Shown: positions 20,249-28,900 of the stretch, one piece after another
Position numbering within the stretch: position 1 is the first letter of the stretch
How the letters are laid out: each line of letters opens with the position of its first letter
The notes under the pieces: generated by a model
What the model saw: the letters and a program-made list of their open reading frames with translations, nothing else
Database searches by the model: none
Told to the model about the DNA's origin: nothing
Program-made: the position numbers and the translations under genes
Assembly (NCBI GenBank): GCA_036406295.1
Contig: DASWVJ010000054.1
Location: 8,259 to 72,258 of the forward strand
Reading direction: 5' to 3'
DNA length: 64,000 nt
From: Bradyrhizobium sp.
Lineage (GTDB): Bacteria > Pseudomonadota > Alphaproteobacteria > Rhizobiales > Xanthobacteraceae

Positions 20249-21709
20249 TTGAAGGTCCTCTTTGTCACCACGGAGATGGACGATTTCGTCCGGGTGGGCG
20301 GGCTCGCCGCCGTGTCCGCCGCCCTTCCTCGCGCCCTGCGGGCCTGGAGCGATGTCCGGATCGTGCTGCCGGGCTACCGGGACGTCGTCGAGCAATTCAC
20401 CCACGTTGAAATCGTTGGACAATGTGCCGGGATGGCCGAGATGCCGGCCTGCGCGCTGGGGCGGACTTCAACGCACGACGGGCTGCCGGTCTACGTGCTG
20501 CTGTGCCCGCTGCTCTACGACCGGCCGGGCAACCCCTATGGCGATGAGAGCGGCCGCGACTGGCCGGACAACGACGTCCGTTTCGGCCGGCTGGCATCCG
20601 CGGCGGCGGAACTTGCCATGGGCAGGCTGGACAGGAATTGGGCAGCGGACCTCGTCCACGCCAATGACTGGCAGGCTGCGCTGGTGCCGGCCTATCTCGC
20701 CTGGAAAGGCGCGAGCATCCCCTCCATCCTGACCATCCACAACCTCGCCTACCAGGGCCTCTTCCCGCGCGCGGCGCTGCGGCGGATCGGCGCACCGGAA
20801 GAGTCCTTTCATATCGACGGGCTCGAATTCTACGACCAGCTTTCCTTTCTCAAGGGCGGACTGATGTACGCCTCGCACCTGACCACCGTCAGTGCGACTT
20901 ATGCAAAGGAGATCACGACGCCCGAGCTCGGCTGCGGCCTTGAGGGCGTGCTGCGCCTTCGCTCCAGCGCCGACGAGCTGACGGGGATCTTGAACGGCAT
21001 CGACGAAAGCTGGGATCCACGCTTCTGCGCGCAGCTCGCGCAACCCTTCGCCGCCGGCGACTGGGACGCCAAGCAGGCCAATGCCGACTATGTCCGCAAG
21101 CAATTTGGACTTGCGATCTCGCGCGGGCCGATTTTCGGCCTCGTCGCCCGCCTCGTGCACCAGAAGGGCATCGACCTCGTGCTGTCAGCCGCCGATGAGA
21201 TCATCGGTTCGGGCGGCCAGATTGTCGTGACCGGAAGCGGCGAGCCCGCATTGGAGCAGGCGTTGGTCGAGGCACATCGGCGGCGGCCGGATGCGATCGG
21301 CGTCACCATCGGCTTCAACGACGCGCAGGCACGGCGCGTCTTTGCCGGCAGCGATTTTACCCTGATGCCATCGCGCTTCGAGCCCTGCGGGCTGAGCCAG
21401 ATGTATGCCCAGCGTTTCGGATCGCTGCCGATCGGCCATCAGACCGGTGGACTCGCCGAAACCATCAAGGACGGCGAGACCGGTTTCCTGTTCGAAAAGC
21501 CGTCGATGGAATCTTTCCTCGGTGGCGTGCGGCGCGCTTTCTCCACCTTCAAGGCCAAGGATCGGCTCGACACCATGCGCCGCAGCGCGATGGCAAAGTC
21601 CTTCAGCTGGGACTTGTCGGCTGCCCTTTACAGCGCGCTCTATCGCAAGCTGGCGGCGCCGCAGGTCGGCGCGCAAGGTGTCACGCTCTCCGCCGGGTCT
21701 CCGGCATGA
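20249..21709 (+). CDS. glgA: Glycogen/starch synthase (GT5)
   Basis: VLFVTTEM..VRVGGLAAV, VHANDWQ, TIHNLAYQG, GILNGID, MPSRFEPCGLSQMYA, TGGLAETI; likely TTG start. Confidence 0.92.
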   Translation: MKVLFVTTEMDDFVRVGGLAAVSAALPRALRAWSDVRIVLPGYRDVVEQFTHVEIVGQCAGMAEMPACALGRTSTHDGLPVYVLLCPLLYDRPGNPYGDESGRDWPDNDVRFGRLASAAAELAMGRLDRNWAADLVHANDWQAALVPAYLAWKGASIPSILTIHNLAYQGLFPRAALRRIGAPEESFHIDGLEFYDQLSFLKGGLMYASHLTTVSATYAKEITTPELGCGLEGVLRLRSSADELTGILNGIDESWDPRFCAQLAQPFAAGDWDAKQANADYVRKQFGLAISRGPIFGLVARLVHQKGIDLVLSAADEIIGSGGQIVVTGSGEPALEQALVEAHRRRPDAIGVTIGFNDAQARRVFAGSDFTLMPSRFEPCGLSQMYAQRFGSLPIGHQTGGLAETIKDGETGFLFEKPSMESFLGGVRRAFSTFKAKDRLDTMRRSAMAKSFSWDLSAALYSALYRKLAAPQVGAQGVTLSAGSPA

Positions 21710-22976
21710 CCAGCAGGATCAGCAGCAAGCCCATTGCCGCGACACTGGCCAGCCCGAGAAAAGCCACGCTGCTGCCGAGCTTGTCGGTGATGTAGCCTGC
21801 AAGCACGGTGCTGAGCGAGGCGCCGATACCCGTTGCCGTGCCGATGATGCCCAGCGCCAGATTGAAGTGCCCGCTGCCGAAAGCGACATCGGCGACGATC
21901 AGCGGAACCATCACGGCAAAGACCGCCGCCGTGATGCCGTCGAAGATCTGCACCGCGACGATCAGGTACGGATCCGTCACCGTCGCAAACAGGATCCCGC
22001 GGATGGCCAGCGCGCCGAAGCCGATCAGCAATATCGGCCGTCTGCCCCATTCTTGCGCCTTTCGTCCGACGGTGGGCGACATCATCGCCACGATGGCCTG
22101 TGGCACGATGATGCAGGCGGCAATCAGCACCGGTGCCCACTGGCTCGACCGTGTGGTGACAACACCGGCCATGATCGGCAGCATGGCCGCATTGGCAAGC
22201 TGCAGCAACAGGATGCTGGCAGCGAAGATCAGCAACGGCTTTTGCCGGATCAGGGTGAAGACGCTGGTCGCTTTCTTGTCCGGCTTCTCGCGCAGGATGG
22301 CGCCATGCGCCTGCACGATGTCGATCTCCCGCTCGCGGATGCGCCACAGCGCCAGCAAGGTCGGGATGGCGAGCAGGAATGTCACCAGGAAGACGGAGCG
22401 GTTGGAGATGTAGTAACCGGCGGCCCCCATCAGCACGGCGGCAGAACCGTTGCCGAGCGAGGCAAAGCGGGCGTTGCGGCCGAGGCGCTCGCCGATCGCG
22501 TGCGGGCCGACCAGGCCGAGGCTGATCGCGGCGATCGCAGGACCCAGCACGCAACTTGCCATCGCATGCAGGGCCGCCGCCGCCGTCACGACCGGAAAGA
22601 TCGGCCACAACGCGTAAGCCAGTGCGCTCATGGCGATGGCGGAAACGGCGAAGCCGGCCACGACGCGCTCCGAGCGCGCGGCATCGACGATCGCACCGCC
22701 CGGCATCTGCCCCAGCAATCCGACGATGCCCCCGATCGAAAGCACAAAACCGATCTCCACCTGGGTCCATTTCTGCGTGGTGAGGTAGACGGCGATGAAC
22801 GGGCCGAAACCGGTCTGCACGTCGGCCAGGAAGAAGATGAACCAGTCGAGCCCGTGCTGGCTCTGCGGCGACGGCGGCGGCCGTGTCGGGACAGGAAGCG
22901 GCACGACAGTGCCCGCAGGCGGCCGCTCCGGACGGTCGTCGTCATGGCTCGCGATCAAATGGAACGGCCGCACCAC
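21681..22976 (-). CDS. MFS transporter
   Basis: About 12 hydrophobic helices; FFLADVQTGFGPF, WGRRPIL, terminal MPET. Confidence 0.9.
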   Translation of the reverse strand: MVRPFHLIASHDDDRPERPPAGTVVPLPVPTRPPPSPQSQHGLDWFIFFLADVQTGFGPFIAVYLTTQKWTQVEIGFVLSIGGIVGLLGQMPGGAIVDAARSERVVAGFAVSAIAMSALAYALWPIFPVVTAAAALHAMASCVLGPAIAAISLGLVGPHAIGERLGRNARFASLGNGSAAVLMGAAGYYISNRSVFLVTFLLAIPTLLALWRIREREIDIVQAHGAILREKPDKKATSVFTLIRQKPLLIFAASILLLQLANAAMLPIMAGVVTTRSSQWAPVLIAACIIVPQAIVAMMSPTVGRKAQEWGRRPILLIGFGALAIRGILFATVTDPYLIVAVQIFDGITAAVFAVMVPLIVADVAFGSGHFNLALGIIGTATGIGASLSTVLAGYITDKLGSSVAFLGLASVAAMGLLLILLVMPETRRRA

Positions 22977-22991
22977 CGATCGCTGCTCCCT

Positions 22992-23480
22992 CTAATGGTC
23001 AAATTCCCAGGGCTGCAGGCTTCCGGCCGCACCGAGCACGATTATCGGCGAATCCTCCTTGTACTCGGGCGCCTTGCTGACCTGTTCCTTGGTCAATTCC
23101 AGCGAAATGCTGTCGCTTTTGTTGGCAATGGCGCCGAAACGAAGCGCGCGCCAATCGACGACAATCTTGCGGCTGCCGACGCCGAGGAACCCGCCGAAAT
23201 CGATCACCGCGGCGCGAACCACGCCTTCGCGGTCAACGATGACATCGACGATACGGCCCATGTTCTCGTCGGCGGCGCTGCGAACCTCGCGGCCAAGGAT
23301 GCCGTGCGCGTCGCGCGCTCCGATCACGGTGACGGAGGCCGGCGGTTTCGGCTCCTTCGCGCTATCCTGCTTCGGAACATCCTTCGCCGTGCCGCGTCCG
23401 GCGGTCTCGTTCTGCGCCCACGCGCCGATGGACGTGGCGAGCGCCACGGCCAGGACGGCCACCAACCAACTTGCGCGCAT
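22992..23480 (-). CDS. Exported PRC-barrel domain protein
   Basis: Signal peptide; ILGREVRS..ENMGRIVDVIVD..AAVIDFGGFLGVGSRKIVVDW, APEY. Confidence 0.88.
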   Translation of the reverse strand: MRASWLVAVLAVALATSIGAWAQNETAGRGTAKDVPKQDSAKEPKPPASVTVIGARDAHGILGREVRSAADENMGRIVDVIVDREGVVRAAVIDFGGFLGVGSRKIVVDWRALRFGAIANKSDSISLELTKEQVSKAPEYKEDSPIIVLGAAGSLQPWEFDH

Positions 23481-23516
23481 GTCAACTCCCCTCTCTTCTA
23501 GGCGCGTCGCCCCGCC

Positions 23517-25709
23517 TCAGTGCGTCAGCACGATCGACACCTGGATCTGGCCGCGCGTGCGCAACACCTCGAGCGACACCTCCTCGCCATGGCGCCGCAG
23601 GCGCAAATCGACGCTCGACGTACCGAGCTTGAGGTCGCGCAGCACCACCTCGTTCAAGAACGACGGCAGCTTCGGATCGCGCAGGCGTATCTCGCCGCGG
23701 GCCGCATCGAATTCCAGACCGAGTGCAGCTTCCAGCAACGTAAATGGCGCGCCGCTCGCCCAGGCCTGCGGCGCACAGGCGACGGGATAAAGCACGGGTC
23801 CGCGCTTGCGTTCGCGCCGGAAACCGCAAAACAGCTCGGGCAACCGCCGCAAGTCCATGTAGCTCGCGGCATCGAACAGGCTCTCGAAGAGATGGGCCAC
23901 CGAATGCTTCAGCCCGTAGCGGGCGAAGCCGAGCGCAATCAGCGCATTGTCGTGTGGCCAGATCGAGCCGTTATGATAGGACATCGGATTGTAGCGCGCT
24001 TCGTCCTGCGCGATGGTGCGAATGCCCCAGCCGGAGAAGAAGCGACGGCTCATGAGGTCGGCCGCGACGCGCCGGGCGCGATCCTCGCTCGCGATGCCGG
24101 TGAACAGGAGCTGCCCCGCGTTTGAGGAATGCACACGGCATTGCTTCTTGGTGCCGTCGAGCGCCAGCGCATAGGTGCCAAGCTCCTCGCACCAAAACGC
24201 CTCTTCAAACCGCTCGGCGAGAAGCTGCGCGTCGACCTCGAGCTTCCTCACCATGTCGAGACGGCCAAGGCGCCAGGCGCAGCGTGCCGCCAGCCGCTTG
24301 GCGGCAAACACGTATCCCTGCACCTCGGCAAGCGCGATATGACCTTCAGCCAGCCTGCCGTCGGCATGAAAGATGGCGTCAAAGGAATCCTTCCAGCCCT
24401 GATTGGCGAGCCCCAGCTCGCTGGCGCGCCGGTATTCGACAAAGCCGTCATCATCGGGGTCGCCGGGCCCGTCGATCCATTGCAGCGCCGCCTCGATCGC
24501 AGGCCAGAGTTCGATGAGCAGCTGCTCGTCACCGGTGCGCTCGACATAAAGACCTGCCAGCAGCACGAACAGCGCCGTGGAGTCGACGCTGCCGTAATAT
24601 TTCGCAAAGGGCACTTCGCGTAGCGCCGCCATTTCGCCGCCGCGCATCTCGTGCAGGATCTTGCCTGGCTCGGCGTCCGCGAGCGGATCGGTGACGTCGG
24701 CCTGGAAGTATGCCAGCCGCCTCAGCACGCCGCAGGCGATACGCGGATCGACCCACAGCATCTGCAACGCCGTGATCAGGCCGTCGCGGCCGAAGGTCGT
24801 CGAGTACCAGGGGATGCCGGCGTACGGATAGCGGCCCTGCGGCGTGTCCGTCATCAGCATGTTGAGGTCGGCCATCGCCTGGCTCAGCACCTCGTTGAAG
24901 ATGTTGTTCGAGGTCTCGACGGTGGCGGCGCCGGCGGTCTGACGGCGCATCTCGCGCCGGTGCGCCAGCAAGCCGCGGAAGAACGGCACCGATTTGCCCA
25001 TAAACGGCCTATTACAGGACACGGCGATGGACAACGAAACGGTCTGTCTCGGCGCGAGATCGAAATGATAGGTCGCAGCATTCACCGAAAGCCGCGTCGG
25101 CCGCGGCTCGAAATGCAGGACAGTGAACCGCCCCTGGCCGTCGAGGCCCCGATATTCGAAGACGACATCGGCCGGCCCCGACAGCTTGCTGGCGCCCACG
25201 CCGCGCCTTGGCCGCCGCTCGCCGCGCACCTCGAACAGATCGGCGAAATCATTGTCGAACAGCAGCGTCAGGTCGAAGTGCGCCGGCTGGTCGCCGTGGT
25301 TCTGCAGCCCGATCCGCTGATAGGCGGTACTGCGCCACAGGAAGATCGAGCGCACGATGTGCAGCGTGTCCTTGCGCAGCATCAGACGGCCGTTGCGGTA
25401 CACGTCGGAATTGGTGAGATCGATCGTCAGCGCCGAATTGTCGTCGCGCAAATTCGAGCCGAGCAGCAGCGGCTGAACGTCGTCCAGCATCATCTCGAGC
25501 CGGGCGAGATAGCGGGTGTCGGCGTTGAATAGTCCGTCCGGACCGCCGGCGGATGCGCCGATGTCGCCGTGACTGTCGAGCACGATAAAGGTATCGTCGT
25601 GCTTCAGCGAGCGCCGCGGACGCGTCGCCGGCCCGGTCATCGGAATATAGAACGGCGACTCCGTCGCTTGTTCGACCGTGCGAAGCTGGCTTATGGGCTC
25701 TGACACCAT
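23517..25709 (-). CDS. Amylo-alpha-1,6-glucosidase / glycogen debranching-like enzyme
   Basis: GLFNADTRYL N-domain; AGIPWYSTTFGRD, EPGKILHE, YYGSVDST, NQGWKDS, YHNGSIWPHDN, RLPELFCG, ACAPQAW. Confidence 0.92.
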   Translation of the reverse strand: MVSEPISQLRTVEQATESPFYIPMTGPATRPRRSLKHDDTFIVLDSHGDIGASAGGPDGLFNADTRYLARLEMMLDDVQPLLLGSNLRDDNSALTIDLTNSDVYRNGRLMLRKDTLHIVRSIFLWRSTAYQRIGLQNHGDQPAHFDLTLLFDNDFADLFEVRGERRPRRGVGASKLSGPADVVFEYRGLDGQGRFTVLHFEPRPTRLSVNAATYHFDLAPRQTVSLSIAVSCNRPFMGKSVPFFRGLLAHRREMRRQTAGAATVETSNNIFNEVLSQAMADLNMLMTDTPQGRYPYAGIPWYSTTFGRDGLITALQMLWVDPRIACGVLRRLAYFQADVTDPLADAEPGKILHEMRGGEMAALREVPFAKYYGSVDSTALFVLLAGLYVERTGDEQLLIELWPAIEAALQWIDGPGDPDDDGFVEYRRASELGLANQGWKDSFDAIFHADGRLAEGHIALAEVQGYVFAAKRLAARCAWRLGRLDMVRKLEVDAQLLAERFEEAFWCEELGTYALALDGTKKQCRVHSSNAGQLLFTGIASEDRARRVAADLMSRRFFSGWGIRTIAQDEARYNPMSYHNGSIWPHDNALIALGFARYGLKHSVAHLFESLFDAASYMDLRRLPELFCGFRRERKRGPVLYPVACAPQAWASGAPFTLLEAALGLEFDAARGEIRLRDPKLPSFLNEVVLRDLKLGTSSVDLRLRRHGEEVSLEVLRTRGQIQVSIVLTH

Positions 25710-25764
25710 CGGAACCTCAAGCGGCTGGGTTCTATCCCTGCGCGACGCGCAAAACGCGGCTGCC

Positions 25765-27528
25765 TTAGGCCGCATGAACAGCGAGGCGCCCCATCTCGCG
25801 CACGACCAATTCGCGGTAAGGCCCCCTTCCCCGCAGGAGAACGTCCGGCGGGCCGTCCTCCAGGATCTGCCCGCCCTGCAGCATCACCACGCGATCGAAG
25901 CTGCGCAGTGTCGCCAGGCGATGGGCGATGGCGATGACGGTGCGACCGCGTACCAGCCGCGCGAGCGCTTCGCGGATGGCCTCTTCCGACTCGGTGTCGA
26001 GCGCGGCGGTTGCCTCGTCGAGCAGCAGGATCGGCGCATCCTTCAGGAATGCGCGCGCGATGGCGATGCGCTGCCGTTGACCGCCCGACAGCTTGATGCC
26101 GCGGTCGCCGACGATTGTAGCCATGCCTTCCGGCAAATGGTCGATGAAATCGCAGCGCGCGGCAACAGCCGCATCCAGCACCTCTTCGTCGGTTGCGCCC
26201 GGCCGGCCGTAACGGATGTTCTCCTTGATCGAGCGATGGAACATCGAGATGTCCTGCGGCACCACGGAAATCGCCTCGCGGAGACTGTGCTGGGTGACGC
26301 GGGAAATGTCCTGGCCATCGATTGCAATGCTGCCATGCTGGACATCATAGAATCGCTGCAGCAACGCGAAGACGGTCGACTTGCCGCCGCCCGACCGTCC
26401 GACCAGCCCGACCTTCTGCCCCGCCGGGATGTGCAGGCTGAACTTGTCGAACACATGGGCGCCGTTGGGGTAGCGGAAGGAGACGTTGGCGAAATTGATG
26501 GATGCGCCGCGCTTCACCAGCGGTGACGCTTCCGGGTGATCCTTCAATTCATGCGGCTGAAGCAGCGTCGCAACCGCCTCGGTCAGGCGGGCGAAATGCT
26601 GGGTAACATCGACCAGCGCCACGGCAAGGTCGCGCGTCGCGCTCAGGATAGCAATGCCGAGCGTGCAAACCAGCACGACGTCACCTGTCGTCGCGGCTCC
26701 GCGCTGCCACAGTGAGACGACCCAGGCGAGCAGCGCGATCGTCAGCACGACGGTCACGCCCGCGTGCGCAAGCCGCAGCTTTTCCAAGTAACGCAAGCTC
26801 CTTCCCCGGGCGACGAGTTCCCTTCCGACCGTGGCGTCGAACCGGTCGTGCTCCTGCCCGAACCCGCCGAAGGCGCGCACCAGCGGCATGTTGTTGATGA
26901 CGTCGACCATCTCGCCGTCCACCGCGGCCGCCTTGCCGGCAAAATCGTCATGCAGGGGCTTGCCGGCCGCCGCGAAGCGGAACATGGCGAAGACCATGAC
27001 GGCGGCGATCGTGATGAGGCCCGCCGACATTGCGGGGCTGACGGTCCCAATCAGCAGGATTGCCGAAACGGTCGCGATGCACGGAGGCATCACGTTCCAT
27101 ATCATCATGTTTTCAACCGTGAACACGGCGTTGGACGTCGCCGTGATGCGGCTGGTCAACATCCCCGGCAGGCGCTCGGAGAAATAATTATGCGCATGAC
27201 CGGTCAGATGACGAAACAAATCTCGTCTCAAGTCGCCGGTGACGCCCACAAAAGTGTAGCTCCCGATCCAGCTTGCGACGCGCCAAAGGAAATTGTCGGC
27301 GGCAATCAGCGTCATGAGAATGACGAATGCCAGCCATACGCCATTTGCGTGAGACGGCCCCCCCGAGAGACTGTCGACCATATTCTTCACGCCATATTGC
27401 GTGCCCACCGAACAGGCAACTGCGGAAACAACGGCAGCGAATATGACCAAATGCGCGGCCATGCGCTTGCGAACGTAGCGCAACGCGAACGCGATCGGAC
27501 GGTGCGCATAGCCTGAAAGATTTTCCAT
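25765..27528 (-). CDS. ABC exporter, fused permease/ATPase (MsbA/NdvA-like fold)
   Basis: N-terminal TM domain; GRSGGGKST, LSGGQRQRIAIARA, LLLDEATAALD, IAHRL. Confidence 0.92.
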   Translation of the reverse strand: MENLSGYAHRPIAFALRYVRKRMAAHLVIFAAVVSAVACSVGTQYGVKNMVDSLSGGPSHANGVWLAFVILMTLIAADNFLWRVASWIGSYTFVGVTGDLRRDLFRHLTGHAHNYFSERLPGMLTSRITATSNAVFTVENMMIWNVMPPCIATVSAILLIGTVSPAMSAGLITIAAVMVFAMFRFAAAGKPLHDDFAGKAAAVDGEMVDVINNMPLVRAFGGFGQEHDRFDATVGRELVARGRSLRYLEKLRLAHAGVTVVLTIALLAWVVSLWQRGAATTGDVVLVCTLGIAILSATRDLAVALVDVTQHFARLTEAVATLLQPHELKDHPEASPLVKRGASINFANVSFRYPNGAHVFDKFSLHIPAGQKVGLVGRSGGGKSTVFALLQRFYDVQHGSIAIDGQDISRVTQHSLREAISVVPQDISMFHRSIKENIRYGRPGATDEEVLDAAVAARCDFIDHLPEGMATIVGDRGIKLSGGQRQRIAIARAFLKDAPILLLDEATAALDTESEEAIREALARLVRGRTVIAIAHRLATLRSFDRVVMLQGGQILEDGPPDVLLRGRGPYRELVVREMGRLAVHAA

Positions 27529-27722
27529 GATCCCCTTAAGACGGTTGGTGGCGAAGACGACGTTTCCTGCGCACGACTATGTGAAGACCGCTTGTCCGAC
27601 CGCACAGTGCCCGGCCATCACTGCGCAACATTGCTGCAGCATCGAGTTTGATGAAAATCTGCTTGTGCGAGATGGCATCAGCGAGACCGCAGCGTGAAGG
27701 AAGAATGATCGGCACAGTTATG

Positions 27723-27749
27723 GGAACCTCGCACGTGCGAAAACGTTCC
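27723..27749. promoter_or_regulatory. Overlapping divergent sigmaEcfG (general stress response)-type promoters
   Basis: Plus strand GGAAC-N16-CGTT (27723-27747) facing the GT4 gene; minus strand GGAAC-N16-GGTT (27749-27725) facing the ABC exporter operon. Confidence 0.7.
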
Positions 27750-27811
27750 CACATCACAGGACTGGCCGGGGCTATCTTCACCTATGCACAGCAAAGACAG
27801 GAGACGCAGAA

Positions 27812-28879
27812 ATGCGCATCGCGCAGGTTGCCCCGCTGACCGAGGCGGTTCCACCTAAACTGTATGGCGGCACGGAGCGGGTGGTCTCCTGGCTGACGGA
27901 AGAGCTGGTTGCGCTCGGACACGACGTTACGCTCTTTGCGAGCGGCGACTCGCGCACTTCAGCGAAGCTGGACGCGACCTGGCCGAAGGCCCTGCGACTG
28001 GACGGTGCGGTACGTGACCCCAACGCACTCCACATCGTGATGCTGGAGCGCGTCCGCCGCAAATGTGACGACGAGGAATTCGATTTCCTGCATTTCCACC
28101 TCGACTACTATCCGTTCTCGCTGTTCTCGCGGCAGCCGACGCCTTTTCTCACGACCCTGCATGGCCGGCTCGACCTGCCGGAGCACCAGCCGGTGTTCAA
28201 CACGTTCAAGACACCCGTGATCTCGATCTCGAACGCGCAGCGCCGGCCGGTACCGCAGGCGAACTGGGTGCGCACCATTCACCACGGCCTGCCGGAGGAC
28301 CTGCTGACGCCCCAGCAGGTGAAGCCGTCCTATCTCGCCGTGCTGGGCCGGATCGCGCCTGAAAAGGGCGTCGACCGCGCCATCCGCATCGCGACGCGAT
28401 GCGGCATACCGCTCAAGATTGCGGCAAAAATCGATCGCGCCGACCAGGACTATTACGACGAGTTGATCCGGCCCATGATCGAGCGCAATCTGCTCGTCGA
28501 GTTCATCGGCGAGATCAGCGACCATGAGAAATCGGATTTCTTGAGCGGCGCGATCGCACTGTTGGTGCCGATCGACTGGCCGGAACCGTTCGGCCTCGTC
28601 ATGATCGAGGCGATGGCCTGCGGCACGCCCGTGATCGCCTATAACCGCGGATCGGTCGCCGAGATCGTCGATGACGGCAGCACCGGCTTCGTCGTCGAGG
28701 ACGAAATCAGCGCTGTTGCCTCGGTCGACCGGGCGGGGACCCTCGATCGCGGCAAGATCCGCAAGGTGTTCGAACGACGCTTCTCTGCGCGCCGCATGGC
28801 GCTCGACTATCTCGCCGCCTATCGCAGCCTGATGGAAATGGCCGAACCGCGCATCAAGCTCGTCAGCAGCGCCGAATAG
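27812..28879 (+). CDS. Glycosyltransferase family 4 protein
   Basis: MRIAQVAP..VPPKLYGGTERVV, LGRIAPEKG, WPEPFGLVMIEAMACGTPV. Confidence 0.93.
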   Translation: MRIAQVAPLTEAVPPKLYGGTERVVSWLTEELVALGHDVTLFASGDSRTSAKLDATWPKALRLDGAVRDPNALHIVMLERVRRKCDDEEFDFLHFHLDYYPFSLFSRQPTPFLTTLHGRLDLPEHQPVFNTFKTPVISISNAQRRPVPQANWVRTIHHGLPEDLLTPQQVKPSYLAVLGRIAPEKGVDRAIRIATRCGIPLKIAAKIDRADQDYYDELIRPMIERNLLVEFIGEISDHEKSDFLSGAIALLVPIDWPEPFGLVMIEAMACGTPVIAYNRGSVAEIVDDGSTGFVVEDEISAVASVDRAGTLDRGKIRKVFERRFSARRMALDYLAAYRSLMEMAEPRIKLVSSAE

Positions 28880-28900
28880 CGCCAGTCGCCGGAGCGCGGG

